A stretch of 64,000 nucleotides of DNA, from assembly GCA_963740315.1 (NCBI GenBank), contig CAVUDP010000002.1, positions 3,360,001 to 3,424,000 of the forward strand, in the 5' to 3' direction. Within the stretch, counting starts at the first letter, position 1, and each line of letters opens with the position of its first letter. Position numbers and translations under genes: made by a program. Source of the stretch: an uncultured cyanobacterium. Its GTDB lineage: Bacteria; Cyanobacteriota; Cyanobacteriia; Cyanobacteriales; Nostocaceae. The notes beneath the pieces were generated by a model that was not told where the DNA came from, ran no database searches, and saw only the letters and a program-made list of their open reading frames with translations. Positions 10,779 to 21,099 of the stretch are shown here, piece after piece.

Positions 10779-11417
10779 TCACGCAGGTACGGGTTGAAGG
10801 AAATTTTCACCCAAATATATGGTACGGATGTCTGCTGGTAATTTTTCTTCTAGCATACGATAACCTTGTTGCAGAAAATTTGCTACTTCGTTTGGAGAAA
10901 TACCTTCTCCTTCTGCTTGTAAATAAGCAGCAATCCTCGTTTCACTCCAATGGAAAGTTTGAGCCATTAAGACCATCAATCTTAACATAGGTGGTAATTG
11001 ATCCAATGCCTGTTCTACGTAGCACCACAGGGGCGGAGAAGTAGTCTTCAGGGAATAATGAATGCTTTCAGTAGGTGGTACTTCTGTTTCGTTGATACAG
11101 TAAGCAGTCATATTAATCAGCCAGTTTTGTAAAGTCATAGCTGGGGCATCGGCTTCTCCACTCTCTAAATTTACTGCCCCTACTTGGTAGTAAATATGTC
11201 GCCAAGTCATGGCAAATAAATAATCAGCTTGTACTGGCGATCGCGCAGAATGCATAATCAAGGTGTAGACGATTGGACTGTATCGGCAAAAAATCGCCGT
11301 AAAGTACCTTCCTGCGTCTGGATGCTGTGCGAACAAAGTTATAAGTTCTCGATCGCTCTTATTGAACAGTGACTTAACTAAGGGGTGGTTGGATTCTGGG
11401 AAATGAGGAATTTGCAC
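10779..11417 (-). CDS. Sigma-70 (ECF-like) family sigma factor-like protein
   Basis: Region-2-like FTAIFCRYSPIVY...WL and region-4-like ALDQLPP...WSETRIAAYL. GTG start. Confidence 0.7.
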   Translation of the reverse strand: MQIPHFPESNHPLVKSLFNKSDRELITLFAQHPDAGRYFTAIFCRYSPIVYTLIMHSARSPVQADYLFAMTWRHIYYQVGAVNLESGEADAPAMTLQNWLINMTAYCINETEVPPTESIHYSLKTTSPPLWCYVEQALDQLPPMLRLMVLMAQTFHWSETRIAAYLQAEGEGISPNEVANFLQQGYRMLEEKLPADIRTIYLGENFLQPVPA

Positions 11418-11625
11418 AGTCTTTTTGGGTCTATATTGCTAGAATTATTTTAGAAATGTAATATTTTTCGTTAACCGCATAATATCTTGGTGTTGATGTG
11501 TTTAGCACTAACAGCTTGATTAGAAGTTTAAATAGACTAGAAGCATGTGATGCTTAGACTATGTAATTTAAGTCTTAATTGAGCCTTGTTAGCAACAGCT
11601 TTCTTATATATTTATTGATTTGTTC

Positions 11626-12210
11626 ATGGTTATATCAGTTGACACAATCCCGTATTTGTTTACTCCGACTACTTTAGGTTCTTTTCTGCCCTTAGATAGC
11701 TTGTTCTCCACACAGGGGATTATGGTAATGCTACTAGCAGCTTATGCTGGTGCAATGTGGATGTTCCTTACCAGCGCCCCAAAGGTACATACTATTATGG
11801 TTTCGGATCTCGAAATTGCCAGAGATTTGTACGAAGGGCTGTTAGATTTACCAGCGGCGGAAGTACCTTTGCACTATTATTACAATTACGAACAAACAAT
11901 CGGCGCAACGGGAATCGATCCCATGTATTTAGGCAGCAGTCCAAGTTATGCTACCAAAATGCCTAATGCTACTGAAGGACTTTGGTATCAACTTAAGAAA
12001 AATACTCAGCTACATGTAATTACTGGAGCTAGTTTAGGTAACAAAAGCCAGCAGCGTCACGTATGTTTCGATCGTGAATGTTTGGAGATGGTTTTACTAA
12101 GAGTTGAAACACGCGGTTTAAAATTTAAAATTCGCAATCGCAAGCCGCTAAATTTTTTGCTCAAAGATTATGAAGGGCGCGTTGTTGAAATGGCGGAAGT
12201 TGCGAATTAA
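11626..12210 (+). CDS. Membrane-anchored glyoxalase/VOC-like domain protein
   Basis: TM helix, then VHTIMVSDLEIARDLYEGLL ... HVCF ... KDYEGRVVE, a VOC-fold pattern. Confidence 0.75.
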   Translation: MVISVDTIPYLFTPTTLGSFLPLDSLFSTQGIMVMLLAAYAGAMWMFLTSAPKVHTIMVSDLEIARDLYEGLLDLPAAEVPLHYYYNYEQTIGATGIDPMYLGSSPSYATKMPNATEGLWYQLKKNTQLHVITGASLGNKSQQRHVCFDRECLEMVLLRVETRGLKFKIRNRKPLNFLLKDYEGRVVEMAEVAN

Positions 12211-12230
12211 TTTAAGATTGCCGGAATCTC

Positions 12231-12320
12231 TCGTTACAAGGTAGAACCTTGTAACGCATTTCATAGAGGCTCTGCCTCCACAATAAACCGAAGGCATTCG
12301 CTTCTATATAGAGGTTCCCT
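12231..12320. repeat. Palindromic REP/MITE-like repeat between convergent genes
   Basis: CGTTACAAGG-TAGAA-CCTTGTAACG hairpin followed by GAGGC-TCT-GCCTC. Confidence 0.55.
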
Positions 12321-12351
12321 TTTCTTAATTTGTGAACCAGTAAAGAATATT

Positions 12352-12828
12352 TTACGTCTCTACAAGTTCAAAAATCTGTTCTAATCTATTTACCAATTGT
12401 TCGGCTAAATCTAATAAATCCACAGCATCATTTTCATCATAAAAATTGCGATCGCTATTTCTACAACTTGCGCTTTCTACTAAAACGGTTTTGATTGCAA
12501 ATACTCGATTTTCTTGTCCGCATTTGAGACAATCTTCTAACTGACTCGCAATTTCTTGGAGCTTGCTACCCTGTAACTGCTTTCTGACGCTAACAGCTAC
12601 CCAATCATCACTTGACAAAAAATTAGTTACGGATTCAACAAAATTAATTTGCGTCGTTTCATCTTCATCCCACTTTTCTAACCAATCTCCATCTACATCT
12701 TCAGCATACAAATAAGCTGCTTCGAGTCCATACCTAACTATGTCATTTTGTAATTTTTGAGCCGCTTCTACGGATTCTATAAACTTGTCTAATCTCTTCT
12801 GAGTGTCAATTGACATTTCTTTTACCAT
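12352..12828 (-). CDS. Acidic hypothetical protein
   Basis: 158-aa ORF, 46 bp downstream of the 231-aa ORF and on the same strand. Confidence 0.7.
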   Translation of the reverse strand: MVKEMSIDTQKRLDKFIESVEAAQKLQNDIVRYGLEAAYLYAEDVDGDWLEKWDEDETTQINFVESVTNFLSSDDWVAVSVRKQLQGSKLQEIASQLEDCLKCGQENRVFAIKTVLVESASCRNSDRNFYDENDAVDLLDLAEQLVNRLEQIFELVET

Positions 12829-12874
12829 TCTGACTCAAAATTATTAAGAGATATTGCTTTACTTGAACTAAAAG

Positions 12875-13570
12875 CTAAAAATTAAATGTTAAATAAACAC
12901 CTGTTTCCAAATTATTGCTGTTGTATAGCGTTACATTAACTATTCTGTCTACAAAATCAGTTACACCCGGATTGTAACTTAATAGCAATCCTTTATCTAT
13001 CTTCCAGAAACGTAATGTAGATTCCCAATTGTTAGATTTTTCTTGATAAAATTCTTCACTTAAGCTAGTAAGTTGAACGCAAAGAGGTTTATCATACCCG
13101 CTACTTACGATTATATCGGTTGCCATTGAGAGGTCGGCGATGTATCTTTTTACAACAGTACCTCCACGACGCTGAATATTATTTACTACGGATGCAATTA
13201 AATCGGCATCTTCCCCGGAAAATTCACCCGACTTTAATTTTTGTCTCCAAATATAAAATTTAGAGTCATTTTCGCTAAGCCATTTAGGAAATAAGTAACT
13301 GTACCAAAATTTCAAACTTGGTTTAAGCGCATCAAAAGCTGCTTGCTGTTCTTCATAAGTAGGTAAAGATTTAACTCTCAGCCAAGCTTCAGAATCTCTA
13401 ATTACTTGTTCTAAAAATAGAATGACAAATTTTTTAGCAGTTAACGATCCAGGTTTTAAGTCTTTTACCCAACGATTTATTTCATCTAATCTTCTCGCCA
13501 AATTTGGGTCTACTATAGATGCTTCCCTTATAAGATATTTTAACCTATTTTTGATATCTTTTGCTTGCAA
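12875..13570 (-). CDS. Hypothetical protein, possible PD-(D/E)XK-like C-terminal domain
   Basis: 231-aa ORF with a TTG start. ADLSMATDIIV...LCVQLT resembles a restriction-endonuclease-fold core. Confidence 0.6.
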   Translation of the reverse strand: MQAKDIKNRLKYLIREASIVDPNLARRLDEINRWVKDLKPGSLTAKKFVILFLEQVIRDSEAWLRVKSLPTYEEQQAAFDALKPSLKFWYSYLFPKWLSENDSKFYIWRQKLKSGEFSGEDADLIASVVNNIQRRGGTVVKRYIADLSMATDIIVSSGYDKPLCVQLTSLSEEFYQEKSNNWESTLRFWKIDKGLLLSYNPGVTDFVDRIVNVTLYNSNNLETGVYLTFNF

Positions 13571-13676
13571 AAAATGATATCCCTCGCATCCTAAACTTGG
13601 ATTTTAGCTTTTTGATTTCATTAACTATATATAAAGTAAAAACGGTGCGTTAGGCAATACCAAACGCACCTGTAAT

Positions 13677-15203
13677 TTATGATTCCGCAGTATTTTCTGC
13701 TTCTGGATTTTCTGGCTTAAGTAGGGGAAAGGCGATAACATCCCGAATACTTGCCGAATCAGTCAATAACATGACTAAGCGATCGATACCAATACCCAAA
13801 CCACCTGTAGGAGGCATACCGTATTCTAAGGCGGTGAGGAAGTCTTCATCGACACCTTGGGCTTCTAAGTCTCCCGCAGCTTTCCTGGCTGCTTGTTCTT
13901 CCAAACGTTGACGCTGGTCGATCGGATCGGTAAGCTCGGAGAAGCTATTCGCAGTTTCTCTTCCTACCATATATAATTCAAATCGTTCCACCAAACCGGG
14001 TTTAGAACGATGGGGTTTTGCTAAAGGCGAAATTTCAACGGGGAAATCAGTTACAAATGTAGGTTGAATGAGATTTTCTTCCACTTTTTGTTCAAAGGCT
14101 TCATTCAGAAGTTTACCCACAGAAGGGCAATCATCTATACCTTCAATACCAGCAGTTTTACAGGCAGCTTTGGCTTCATCTAAATTTTGGCAAGAATTAA
14201 AATCTACACCCGAATATTCTTTCACCAACTCATGCATTGTGACTCGCCGCCAAGCAGGAGTCAGTTCGACTTCAGTTCCTTGGTAATTAATTTTTAGCGT
14301 ACCGATAACTTCTTGAGCGACGGTAGTAATAATACCTTCCGTCAAATCCATCATATCGTTGTAATCGGCGTAAGCTTGGTAAAGTTCAATAGTAGTAAAT
14401 TCCGGATTGTGACGGGTAGAAATGCCCTCATTGCGGAAAATTCGTCCTAATTCAAAAACTTTTTCAAACCCACCGACAATTAACCGCTTCAAATGAAGTT
14501 CGGTAGCAATGCGTAAATACAGCTGCATTTCCAGCGTATTGTGGTAAGTGATAAACGGACGTGCATCCGCACCCCCAGCTTCACTTTGCATTACCGGAGT
14601 TTCAATTTCAATAAATCCCCGCTCGTCTAAATAGCGGCGAATTCCAGCAGTAATCAAAGCTCGACGGCGAAAAGTTTGTCGTACCTCCGGGTTAACCATC
14701 AGATCGACATAACGCTGACGATAACGTTTGGTGATATCAGTTAACCCATGCCATTTGTCGGGTAAAGGCAATAGGGATTTAGTCAGAATACTATATTGTT
14801 TAACGTAAACCGATAACTCGCCCTTTTCAGTCCGTTTTATAGTTCCTTTCGCTCCTAGAATATCGCCCATATCCGTAAGCTGTTTGAGATTTTTGAAAGC
14901 GTCGGCATCCATATCCGCCATACTTTCAGAAATGCGCTTCTTCTCCAAATAAAGCTGAATAGTGCCAGTTTCATCCTGCAAAGTGAAAAACGCCAGCTTA
15001 CCCATGACACGACGTGCCATAATTCTTCCTGCGATCGCCACTTCAAAATCAACTTCTTCACCGTTAGCGATATCGGCGAATTTCTCTTGTAACTCACCCG
15101 CGTGATGGGTTACTTCCCAGCTATAAGCATAGGGATTCATTCCCTGCTGTCTTAGCTGCTCTACTTTTTCTAGCCTTGTGGCGCGGATATCTTCTTCCGA
15201 CAT
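13677..15203 (-). CDS. lysS: Lysine--tRNA ligase (class II)
   Basis: OB fold, [44 protein letters not shown]. Confidence 0.99.
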   Translation of the reverse strand: MSEEDIRATRLEKVEQLRQQGMNPYAYSWEVTHHAGELQEKFADIANGEEVDFEVAIAGRIMARRVMGKLAFFTLQDETGTIQLYLEKKRISESMADMDADAFKNLKQLTDMGDILGAKGTIKRTEKGELSVYVKQYSILTKSLLPLPDKWHGLTDITKRYRQRYVDLMVNPEVRQTFRRRALITAGIRRYLDERGFIEIETPVMQSEAGGADARPFITYHNTLEMQLYLRIATELHLKRLIVGGFEKVFELGRIFRNEGISTRHNPEFTTIELYQAYADYNDMMDLTEGIITTVAQEVIGTLKINYQGTEVELTPAWRRVTMHELVKEYSGVDFNSCQNLDEAKAACKTAGIEGIDDCPSVGKLLNEAFEQKVEENLIQPTFVTDFPVEISPLAKPHRSKPGLVERFELYMVGRETANSFSELTDPIDQRQRLEEQAARKAAGDLEAQGVDEDFLTALEYGMPPTGGLGIGIDRLVMLLTDSASIRDVIAFPLLKPENPEAENTAES

Positions 15204-15302
15204 GGTTTACGAACTTACGAGCGGCAAGATTTAATTATAGTTCTCTGCCCGCATTGTACATTGAGAATAGTTGGGAAAGCTTTTTCATTTGGACTATAAA
15301 TT

Positions 15303-15548
15303 ATGAACTGGCAAGATTACATTCATTCCGATCCCCAAGTAAGCTTGGGAAAACCGACGGTGAAGGGTACTAGGATATCGGTTGAGTTTTTGTTGGGATT
15401 GTTTGCTGTAGGTTGGACACAAGAGCGAATACTAGAAAACTATCCTACTCTTACCCCACAAGCATTGCGGGCGGTATTTGCTTTTACTGCTGAGTGTATA
15501 CGCGAAGAATCTTTATATACTCTCCCCTTATTATCTGAGGCTGGTTGA
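15303..15548 (+). CDS. DUF433 family antitoxin
   Basis: DPQVSLGKPTVKGTRISVEFLL...ILENYPTL is the DUF433 pattern. Confidence 0.9.
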   Translation: MNWQDYIHSDPQVSLGKPTVKGTRISVEFLLGLFAVGWTQERILENYPTLTPQALRAVFAFTAECIREESLYTLPLLSEAG

Positions 15549-15910
15549 TGCGGTTTTTAGCAAATGAAAATTTTCCCAAAGCAAGTGTTATAAAATTACG
15601 CTCGGCTAATTATGATGTAGCATATGGCAGCGAAGATGCTCCTGGCGCGAAGGATTCTGAAGTACTTGCACGCGCAGTTGATGAAGAACGAATTATTTTG
15701 ACATTTGACCGAGATTATGGTGAATTAACTTACCGTCTGAGAATGCCTTCACCAATTGGTATTGTTTATTTCCGTTATTTTCCTGCAACACCGGAGGAGC
15801 CAGCAGAGGATTTAATTCGTTTATTAAATAGTGAAAAAATATCTTTAGAAGGATTTTTTACTGTTTACGAACGCAATCACATACGTCAACGTTCGTTACC
15901 TCAAGTTTAG
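15545..15910 (+). CDS. DUF5615/PIN-like toxin
   Basis: RFLANENFP...D.EVL..A..E.RIILTFDRDYG. Start overlaps the antitoxin stop. Confidence 0.88.
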   Translation: MMRFLANENFPKASVIKLRSANYDVAYGSEDAPGAKDSEVLARAVDEERIILTFDRDYGELTYRLRMPSPIGIVYFRYFPATPEEPAEDLIRLLNSEKISLEGFFTVYERNHIRQRSLPQV

Positions 15911-16171
15911 ATAAATTTATGCTTCTATAAAGTAAGTAAGTACCTAGCGATTATAAATAGTAGTTACACAAGCTTTCGTTTTGCGAAGGGCTGTTTCTGT
16001 GACTACATGATAGTCCTATCTCGGCTTGCGGAGAGAGGATTGCATATGAGCTTCCTAATTCTATTCAGCATTGTATTTTTTATATCTTTAAACTCAGAAA
16101 TAATTCAGTAATAATTCTATAACTTAAGCTTAAAAACGATGCAAGCTAAGTTACAAATATAGATTATTTCT

Positions 16172-17125
16172 ATGGAAAACAAAAAGCAGTTGATAAGATG
16201 CGTTGAATTTGTGTCGGAAGAACTTGATGCCGATCTTTTTCTATATAGTGCTGAAATTACAGATTTAAATGCTGATAAATTAATTAATGAAATTAAACAA
16301 ACGTCACCGAGAAGAGATAATGTAGTCTTAATTATGACTACTTATGGTGGCGATCCGGATGCAGCTTTTAGAATCGCTCGTTACATCAAGAGAAAATATA
16401 AAAAGTTTAGTTTATTTGTATTTGGCTATTGTAAAAGTGCCGGTACTTTATTGGCATTGGGAGCGGATGAAATTGTTATTTCCGATTTTGGTGAATTAGG
16501 TCCTCTTGATGTCCAAGTTACCAAAGATGACGATTTTAGAAGCGAGTCTGTATTAGATATCCAACAGGCACTAACTGTAATTGGTTCTCAAGCTTTTGAA
16601 ATGTTTGAGAGTTATTTATTAAATTTAATTTCTGGAACTCAAGCGCTGATAACTACCAAGACGGCAGCAGATATTGCTAGTTCGATGGCAGTTAATTTAT
16701 TATCTCCGATTTCCAGTCAAATTGACCCATTAAGATTGGGTGAAATGAATAGATTGATGAATATTGCTTTAGCTTACGGGCAAAGATTAAAGCCAGAAGG
16801 TATTGAAGTTATCAAAAATCTGATTTATAACTATCCTTCTCATAGTTTTGTAATTGACTATGAAGAAGCCAAAAAATTATTTGATTGCGTTAGAGAACCT
16901 GACGATTTAGAGTCAGAATTGTCAGAAATGATATTTCCTTTGGTACGTAAACCTTCTTCTACAGAAATAATATTGAATTTAGAAAAATTAAGTGAAGAAA
17001 ATGAAGAAAATTCACATAGAAATAACCCAGATAGGCAAAGAAATGCGGAAGAATCAGTTTTTACTGACGATGGAAAGGATGAAGCGGTTGAAGGAAATAT
17101 CTTACCCTTTGATAAAAGGCAGTGA
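16172..17125 (+). CDS. SDH-family ClpP-fold serine protease
   Basis: TYGGD, CKSAGTLLALGADEI (Ser), LGPLDVQ (Asp), YPSHSFVI (His). Confidence 0.85.
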   Translation: MENKKQLIRCVEFVSEELDADLFLYSAEITDLNADKLINEIKQTSPRRDNVVLIMTTYGGDPDAAFRIARYIKRKYKKFSLFVFGYCKSAGTLLALGADEIVISDFGELGPLDVQVTKDDDFRSESVLDIQQALTVIGSQAFEMFESYLLNLISGTQALITTKTAADIASSMAVNLLSPISSQIDPLRLGEMNRLMNIALAYGQRLKPEGIEVIKNLIYNYPSHSFVIDYEEAKKLFDCVREPDDLESELSEMIFPLVRKPSSTEIILNLEKLSEENEENSHRNNPDRQRNAEESVFTDDGKDEAVEGNILPFDKRQ

Positions 17126-17203
17126 AACCAAAAAAAATTCTGTAGCTTCCACAAAAACTATATTTAAGATTTTGCAAAAGTAAGGTTTGGGGACTATCAA
17201 AAA

Positions 17204-17397
17204 ATATTGTTGGTTTATTAGAATAGGACTTACGCAAGCCCCCCAATAATACGGTAGGGCTGATTCATTCGACAAGGAATGTAAATTGTCAATATGATTT
17301 GAGCAATGCTCAGAAGTCGGGTTTTTATAAAAATGTCAGGTTGTTACAGATACTCTCACATAAAAACCCGACTTCTCATATTGTTGGTTTATTAGAA
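17204..17397. mobile_element. Small composite insertion flanked by 20-bp direct repeats
   Basis: ATATTGTTGGTTTATTAGAA at 17204-17223 and 17378-17397. Inside are a MITE-like end AGGACTTACGCAA and an inverted repeat AGAAGTCGGGTTTTTAT/ATAAAAACCCGACTTCT. Confidence 0.55.
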
Positions 17398-17536
17398 GAT
17401 AAATCGGCTTTTAATAATAATCGCGATTAATTGGGACTTACGCAAATGTAATTAGAAATTAGGCATCCCAAACGTTGAGATCCCCCCAACCCCCAAAAAG
17501 GGGGGCTTTTTTAATTAACCTAGTATTTATTTACAG

Positions 17537-18499
17537 CTAATCACGTTTAATTTGATTAATTTCTTTTTGTAACTCTTCTATTTCTCGCCGCAATTTTTCA
17601 ACTTCCTGGTTTTGATTAGCTTCAGGTTTAACTTCAACTGCGCTCTTATCAGCTTCTTTAGGATAATTTCCTTTTTTTATTTCGTTATATTCTGACGATA
17701 CAGCCCATTGCCTTAAAAAATGTACTCGTTCAACTGCAAAGGGATGGCTGAGCATTACTCCTTGAGCGCCGTTATACATTAAAAATTTATACACTTGATT
17801 GAGTCCATCTTCGTCAAGTGCTTGATAATTTTCTGACTGGCGAATAAATTCTTGTAAACTGCATTCATGGGCGTATTTATTGCTACCGCCAGAAATTTTC
17901 ATCATCGAAGACATAACTGTATTTAAGTCATCTGTAACCAATAATGCGGCGCAATCGGCAGTTAACTCGGCTTTACGTCGCCATTCAAAAAAAGCATAAA
18001 TCAAACCGCTGCTAACTATGTTACCAATACCGAAAGTTAATTCCCCGACAATAGAGGCAGCATTCATTGCCCACATCGCCATTTGAATTAAAATAGTATG
18101 ACCACACTTAATGTGCCCTAACTCGTGGGCTAGTACAGACCTAATTTCGGCTTCATTGAGCAAATCCAAAATTCCCGTGTTGATGACAATGTAAGGATGC
18201 TCCTGCCCCAAAGCATAACTATTTGCAACGGGATTTTGCTCGACAAACAGTTTGGGTTCTGGATAAATATCCAAATCTCGCACGCATTCCCGAAATATCT
18301 GATAAATAGTTGAATATTGTCGAGGTCCAACTTCAATGGTGTTACCCATAAGATAAACTAATTGCGGACGTTCGTAAATAAATTCTACAAATTTACGAGC
18401 AATGAAATCAAAGCCTGGTAAACCTCTTAGCGTTTCTTCGGCTTGCTTATCTAGAGGATGTCTAAAAGCTTCGCTAGAAATTCCTTTATAAGTTGGCAT
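17537..18499 (-). CDS. M48 family zinc metallopeptidase
   Basis: AHELGH, AELTAD and SHP motifs, C-terminal coiled coil. Confidence 0.92.
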   Translation of the reverse strand: MPTYKGISSEAFRHPLDKQAEETLRGLPGFDFIARKFVEFIYERPQLVYLMGNTIEVGPRQYSTIYQIFRECVRDLDIYPEPKLFVEQNPVANSYALGQEHPYIVINTGILDLLNEAEIRSVLAHELGHIKCGHTILIQMAMWAMNAASIVGELTFGIGNIVSSGLIYAFFEWRRKAELTADCAALLVTDDLNTVMSSMMKISGGSNKYAHECSLQEFIRQSENYQALDEDGLNQVYKFLMYNGAQGVMLSHPFAVERVHFLRQWAVSSEYNEIKKGNYPKEADKSAVEVKPEANQNQEVEKLRREIEELQKEINQIKRD

Positions 18500-18725
18500 A
18501 ATTACAGGGTAATAAGTTATTTGTTCTTCTATAGGGTTGTACGTTGAACGTCATACGGTAATCGTCGTACCTGCACTAAAAAGTGTTTAATCGTCTGTAG
18601 TGTAACAATTAAATATTGAACACTGCCCCTTTTAAACTGACAGCATAATATAAAAGAAGATAAGAACTGTTTAAAAGTTTATTTTAAAGAATTAACTAAA
18701 TCACTATGTATGGGATTGAGAGCGC

Positions 18726-20282
18726 GTGATTGAAGCAGAGGTTCATTTATCACTACATAACTTCCTGCGATCGCAGGCAGGTTTTCCTTCTTGGCCGCAC
18801 CATTTAACGATGGCACGGTTGGTAGCACGCGCCTTGAGGGTGGGACGTAGTGCCTTAATTCAAGTGGGGGCTGGTTGTGGTTATCAAGGGCAGTATCGTA
18901 CTAGTTTTGTGGCATCGGCTTTAATGTGGCATGAAGCTGTGATTATTGTTGCAACTCTTGCCGTGCAGCAACGTTTGTTGCAAGTAGAAATTCCTCGTCT
19001 ACAAAAGTGGTTAAAAGTCAATAAACCCATAATAGTAGGGGATTCTTTTCCCGGTGGTGATTTCAAGGGAATTGCGATCGTCTCTCCAGGAGCTTGGTTA
19101 AAAGCACAGTTGAGTTCCAAAAATGAATTTCCTCCAAATATTCCCACGATTATTGATGGTGTAGACGATTTAGAAGATTGGATACGAGAACAGCTTACCG
19201 TCAGTATTGAAGCCCATGATTGGGAACAGTTAATGTTGGCTTGTCCTTCATTTGCCTCTACAATTCGCACTCATCGGGTGCAGCTAACACGCGAAATCTT
19301 TCAGCATCCGGAAAATCCCTACGAATGTTACTTAATATCGGAATCAGAAGAAGAGATTTTATGCCGTCTTTATTCGGGCTTGGATTTAAATAGCCTCCCC
19401 GATGCTTGGAAAAAGTTTTGGCAATTATTCAAAAACAGGCACGAAATCTTACTAAACAAATCTTCACCTTCTCCTCCCTTACTTTGGGCTACCCCTCGCC
19501 GCCGTCAAGGTTTATTTTCTTTACATTGTGCCCCAATTGAGTTAGAAAAAATTCTCGCGCCGATTTGGCAGCGACAACCTGTAGTATTAATTGGCTCTGC
19601 TTTAGAACCGGAAACTGAAGCTACATTATTTCGCCAGCGTTTAGGATTGGGCGATTTGACTTGCTTGAAGTTCTCTTCGGAAAATCAAACTCAAGCTATT
19701 CAACTTTACATACCGAATAAATTACCCCTACCTAATACCCCAGAATTTAAACCAGTCTTTATCGATCAAGTTCGTCAGATGGTATGTTTGAGCGCAACAT
19801 CACCGGGTTTAACGGCTATTTTGGTGGGAGATGTTCCGTTAAAGGCTCAGCTAGGGGCAATTTTGGCTTCAGAATTTGGTTCGCGGGTACAGGTAGATAA
19901 AACTTGCTTGGATGAAAATGGTATTTTAGTCTGCGGTTGGGAATTTTGGCGCGAACATCAAACAGTTTTGCCATCTGTGCAAATGTTAATTATTGCTACT
20001 TTACCCCTACCATCTTTAGAAAACCCCTTGGTAGCTGGTAGGGTTGCTCATTACAAGCGTTCTCATCTAGATTGGTTCCGCTTATATTTATTGCCTACAG
20101 CTTTAAATGAACTCCAACGGGCTGTAGCACCAGCAAGAGATTCTAGCAGCATAGTGGCTTTGCTTGATAGTCGAGTAACCAACCGTAGCTATGGCGCTCA
20201 AGTTCTTGCAGCACTTAGCCCCCTTTCACGAATTAATTATTTAGATCCAGGTTTGTTTTCTACGCCCAAGGAAGAATCTTGA
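18726..20282 (+). CDS. DinG/YoaA-like helicase-domain protein with degenerate motifs
   Basis: Helicase C-terminal-like LIIATLPLP...LQRAVAP...ALLDSRV. Walker B reads IIDGVDD. Confidence 0.75.
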   Translation: MIEAEVHLSLHNFLRSQAGFPSWPHHLTMARLVARALRVGRSALIQVGAGCGYQGQYRTSFVASALMWHEAVIIVATLAVQQRLLQVEIPRLQKWLKVNKPIIVGDSFPGGDFKGIAIVSPGAWLKAQLSSKNEFPPNIPTIIDGVDDLEDWIREQLTVSIEAHDWEQLMLACPSFASTIRTHRVQLTREIFQHPENPYECYLISESEEEILCRLYSGLDLNSLPDAWKKFWQLFKNRHEILLNKSSPSPPLLWATPRRRQGLFSLHCAPIELEKILAPIWQRQPVVLIGSALEPETEATLFRQRLGLGDLTCLKFSSENQTQAIQLYIPNKLPLPNTPEFKPVFIDQVRQMVCLSATSPGLTAILVGDVPLKAQLGAILASEFGSRVQVDKTCLDENGILVCGWEFWREHQTVLPSVQMLIIATLPLPSLENPLVAGRVAHYKRSHLDWFRLYLLPTALNELQRAVAPARDSSSIVALLDSRVTNRSYGAQVLAALSPLSRINYLDPGLFSTPKEES

Positions 20283-20383
20283 GACAATTACCAGTTACCA
20301 ATTCCTAGCTAAAGACATAAAAATTACCCTCTTGGTGAGGGTTTGAACCGATTATTTATGATTTATTCTCAACTTTTCATTAA

Positions 20384-20590
20384 TTAATAAGCTAAGTTTT
20401 CTAAGGTTTCCCTTAAATACAACTGTACTTGCGATTCTTCGTTCATTTGTTCGATTTGCTCACCAGATTGTACTTGTTCCATCTGCCAGCGTTGAAAACC
20501 AGAACTAATGAAAATTGCCTGCTTCAAATTGTTCCAGATGTCGGCATCACCTTTCAAGTTGCCATTGCTTTTAACTGTGAAACTACTCAT
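20384..20590 (-). CDS. Small hypothetical protein
   Basis: 68 aa, W..LK.AI..SSGFQRW...YLRETLENLAY, a pattern I recall from cyanobacterial small proteins. Confidence 0.7.
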   Translation of the reverse strand: MSSFTVKSNGNLKGDADIWNNLKQAIFISSGFQRWQMEQVQSGEQIEQMNEESQVQLYLRETLENLAY

Positions 20591-21099
20591 GATTATTTAA
20601 TCCTCAATTTAACTTTTTTTAATTGGTGCAAAATTTTTCTTATTTAATTTCTTTTAATTGCTACCGCTCCCGTCCGTACTCTACTCTGCTTTTTGTACTG
20701 TCTGTTAGAGAAAAAATACGAGGTCTTGCTATTAAATATTGATAAACCTTTTTACCTATGATACGAAGAAACTGGGTAAAAATTAAAGTGCGTTTTTATT
20801 AAACACTTTTCTCAAAGTAGTGGTTAAGTTACGAATCTTTCTGTTACCGTTGCTACTGATTTAAATAATTATTTACAGGAATTATTCGGTTTTAAGCGAC
20901 TTCCAAATTAAAAAATATCTTATTATCTCCAATACAAAAATATGTAGAGACTTTTGGCGCTTTGCCGTCATCTCTACATATTTCAACTTTGATAATTTTA
21001 ATTTTGTACTGAGGAACCAGGATTTTTTATTAGCTAAGGCAACTAAAGGATTAAATCCCATTCGTTGCCTAGCTCGATTATGACACCGTTGTCTACTCA

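Noticed and set aside
16008..16112. 34-aa hydrophobic peptide upstream of the SDH protease
   Set aside because: No clear RBS, and hydrophobicity is expected from T-rich DNA. It cannot be supported without homologs.
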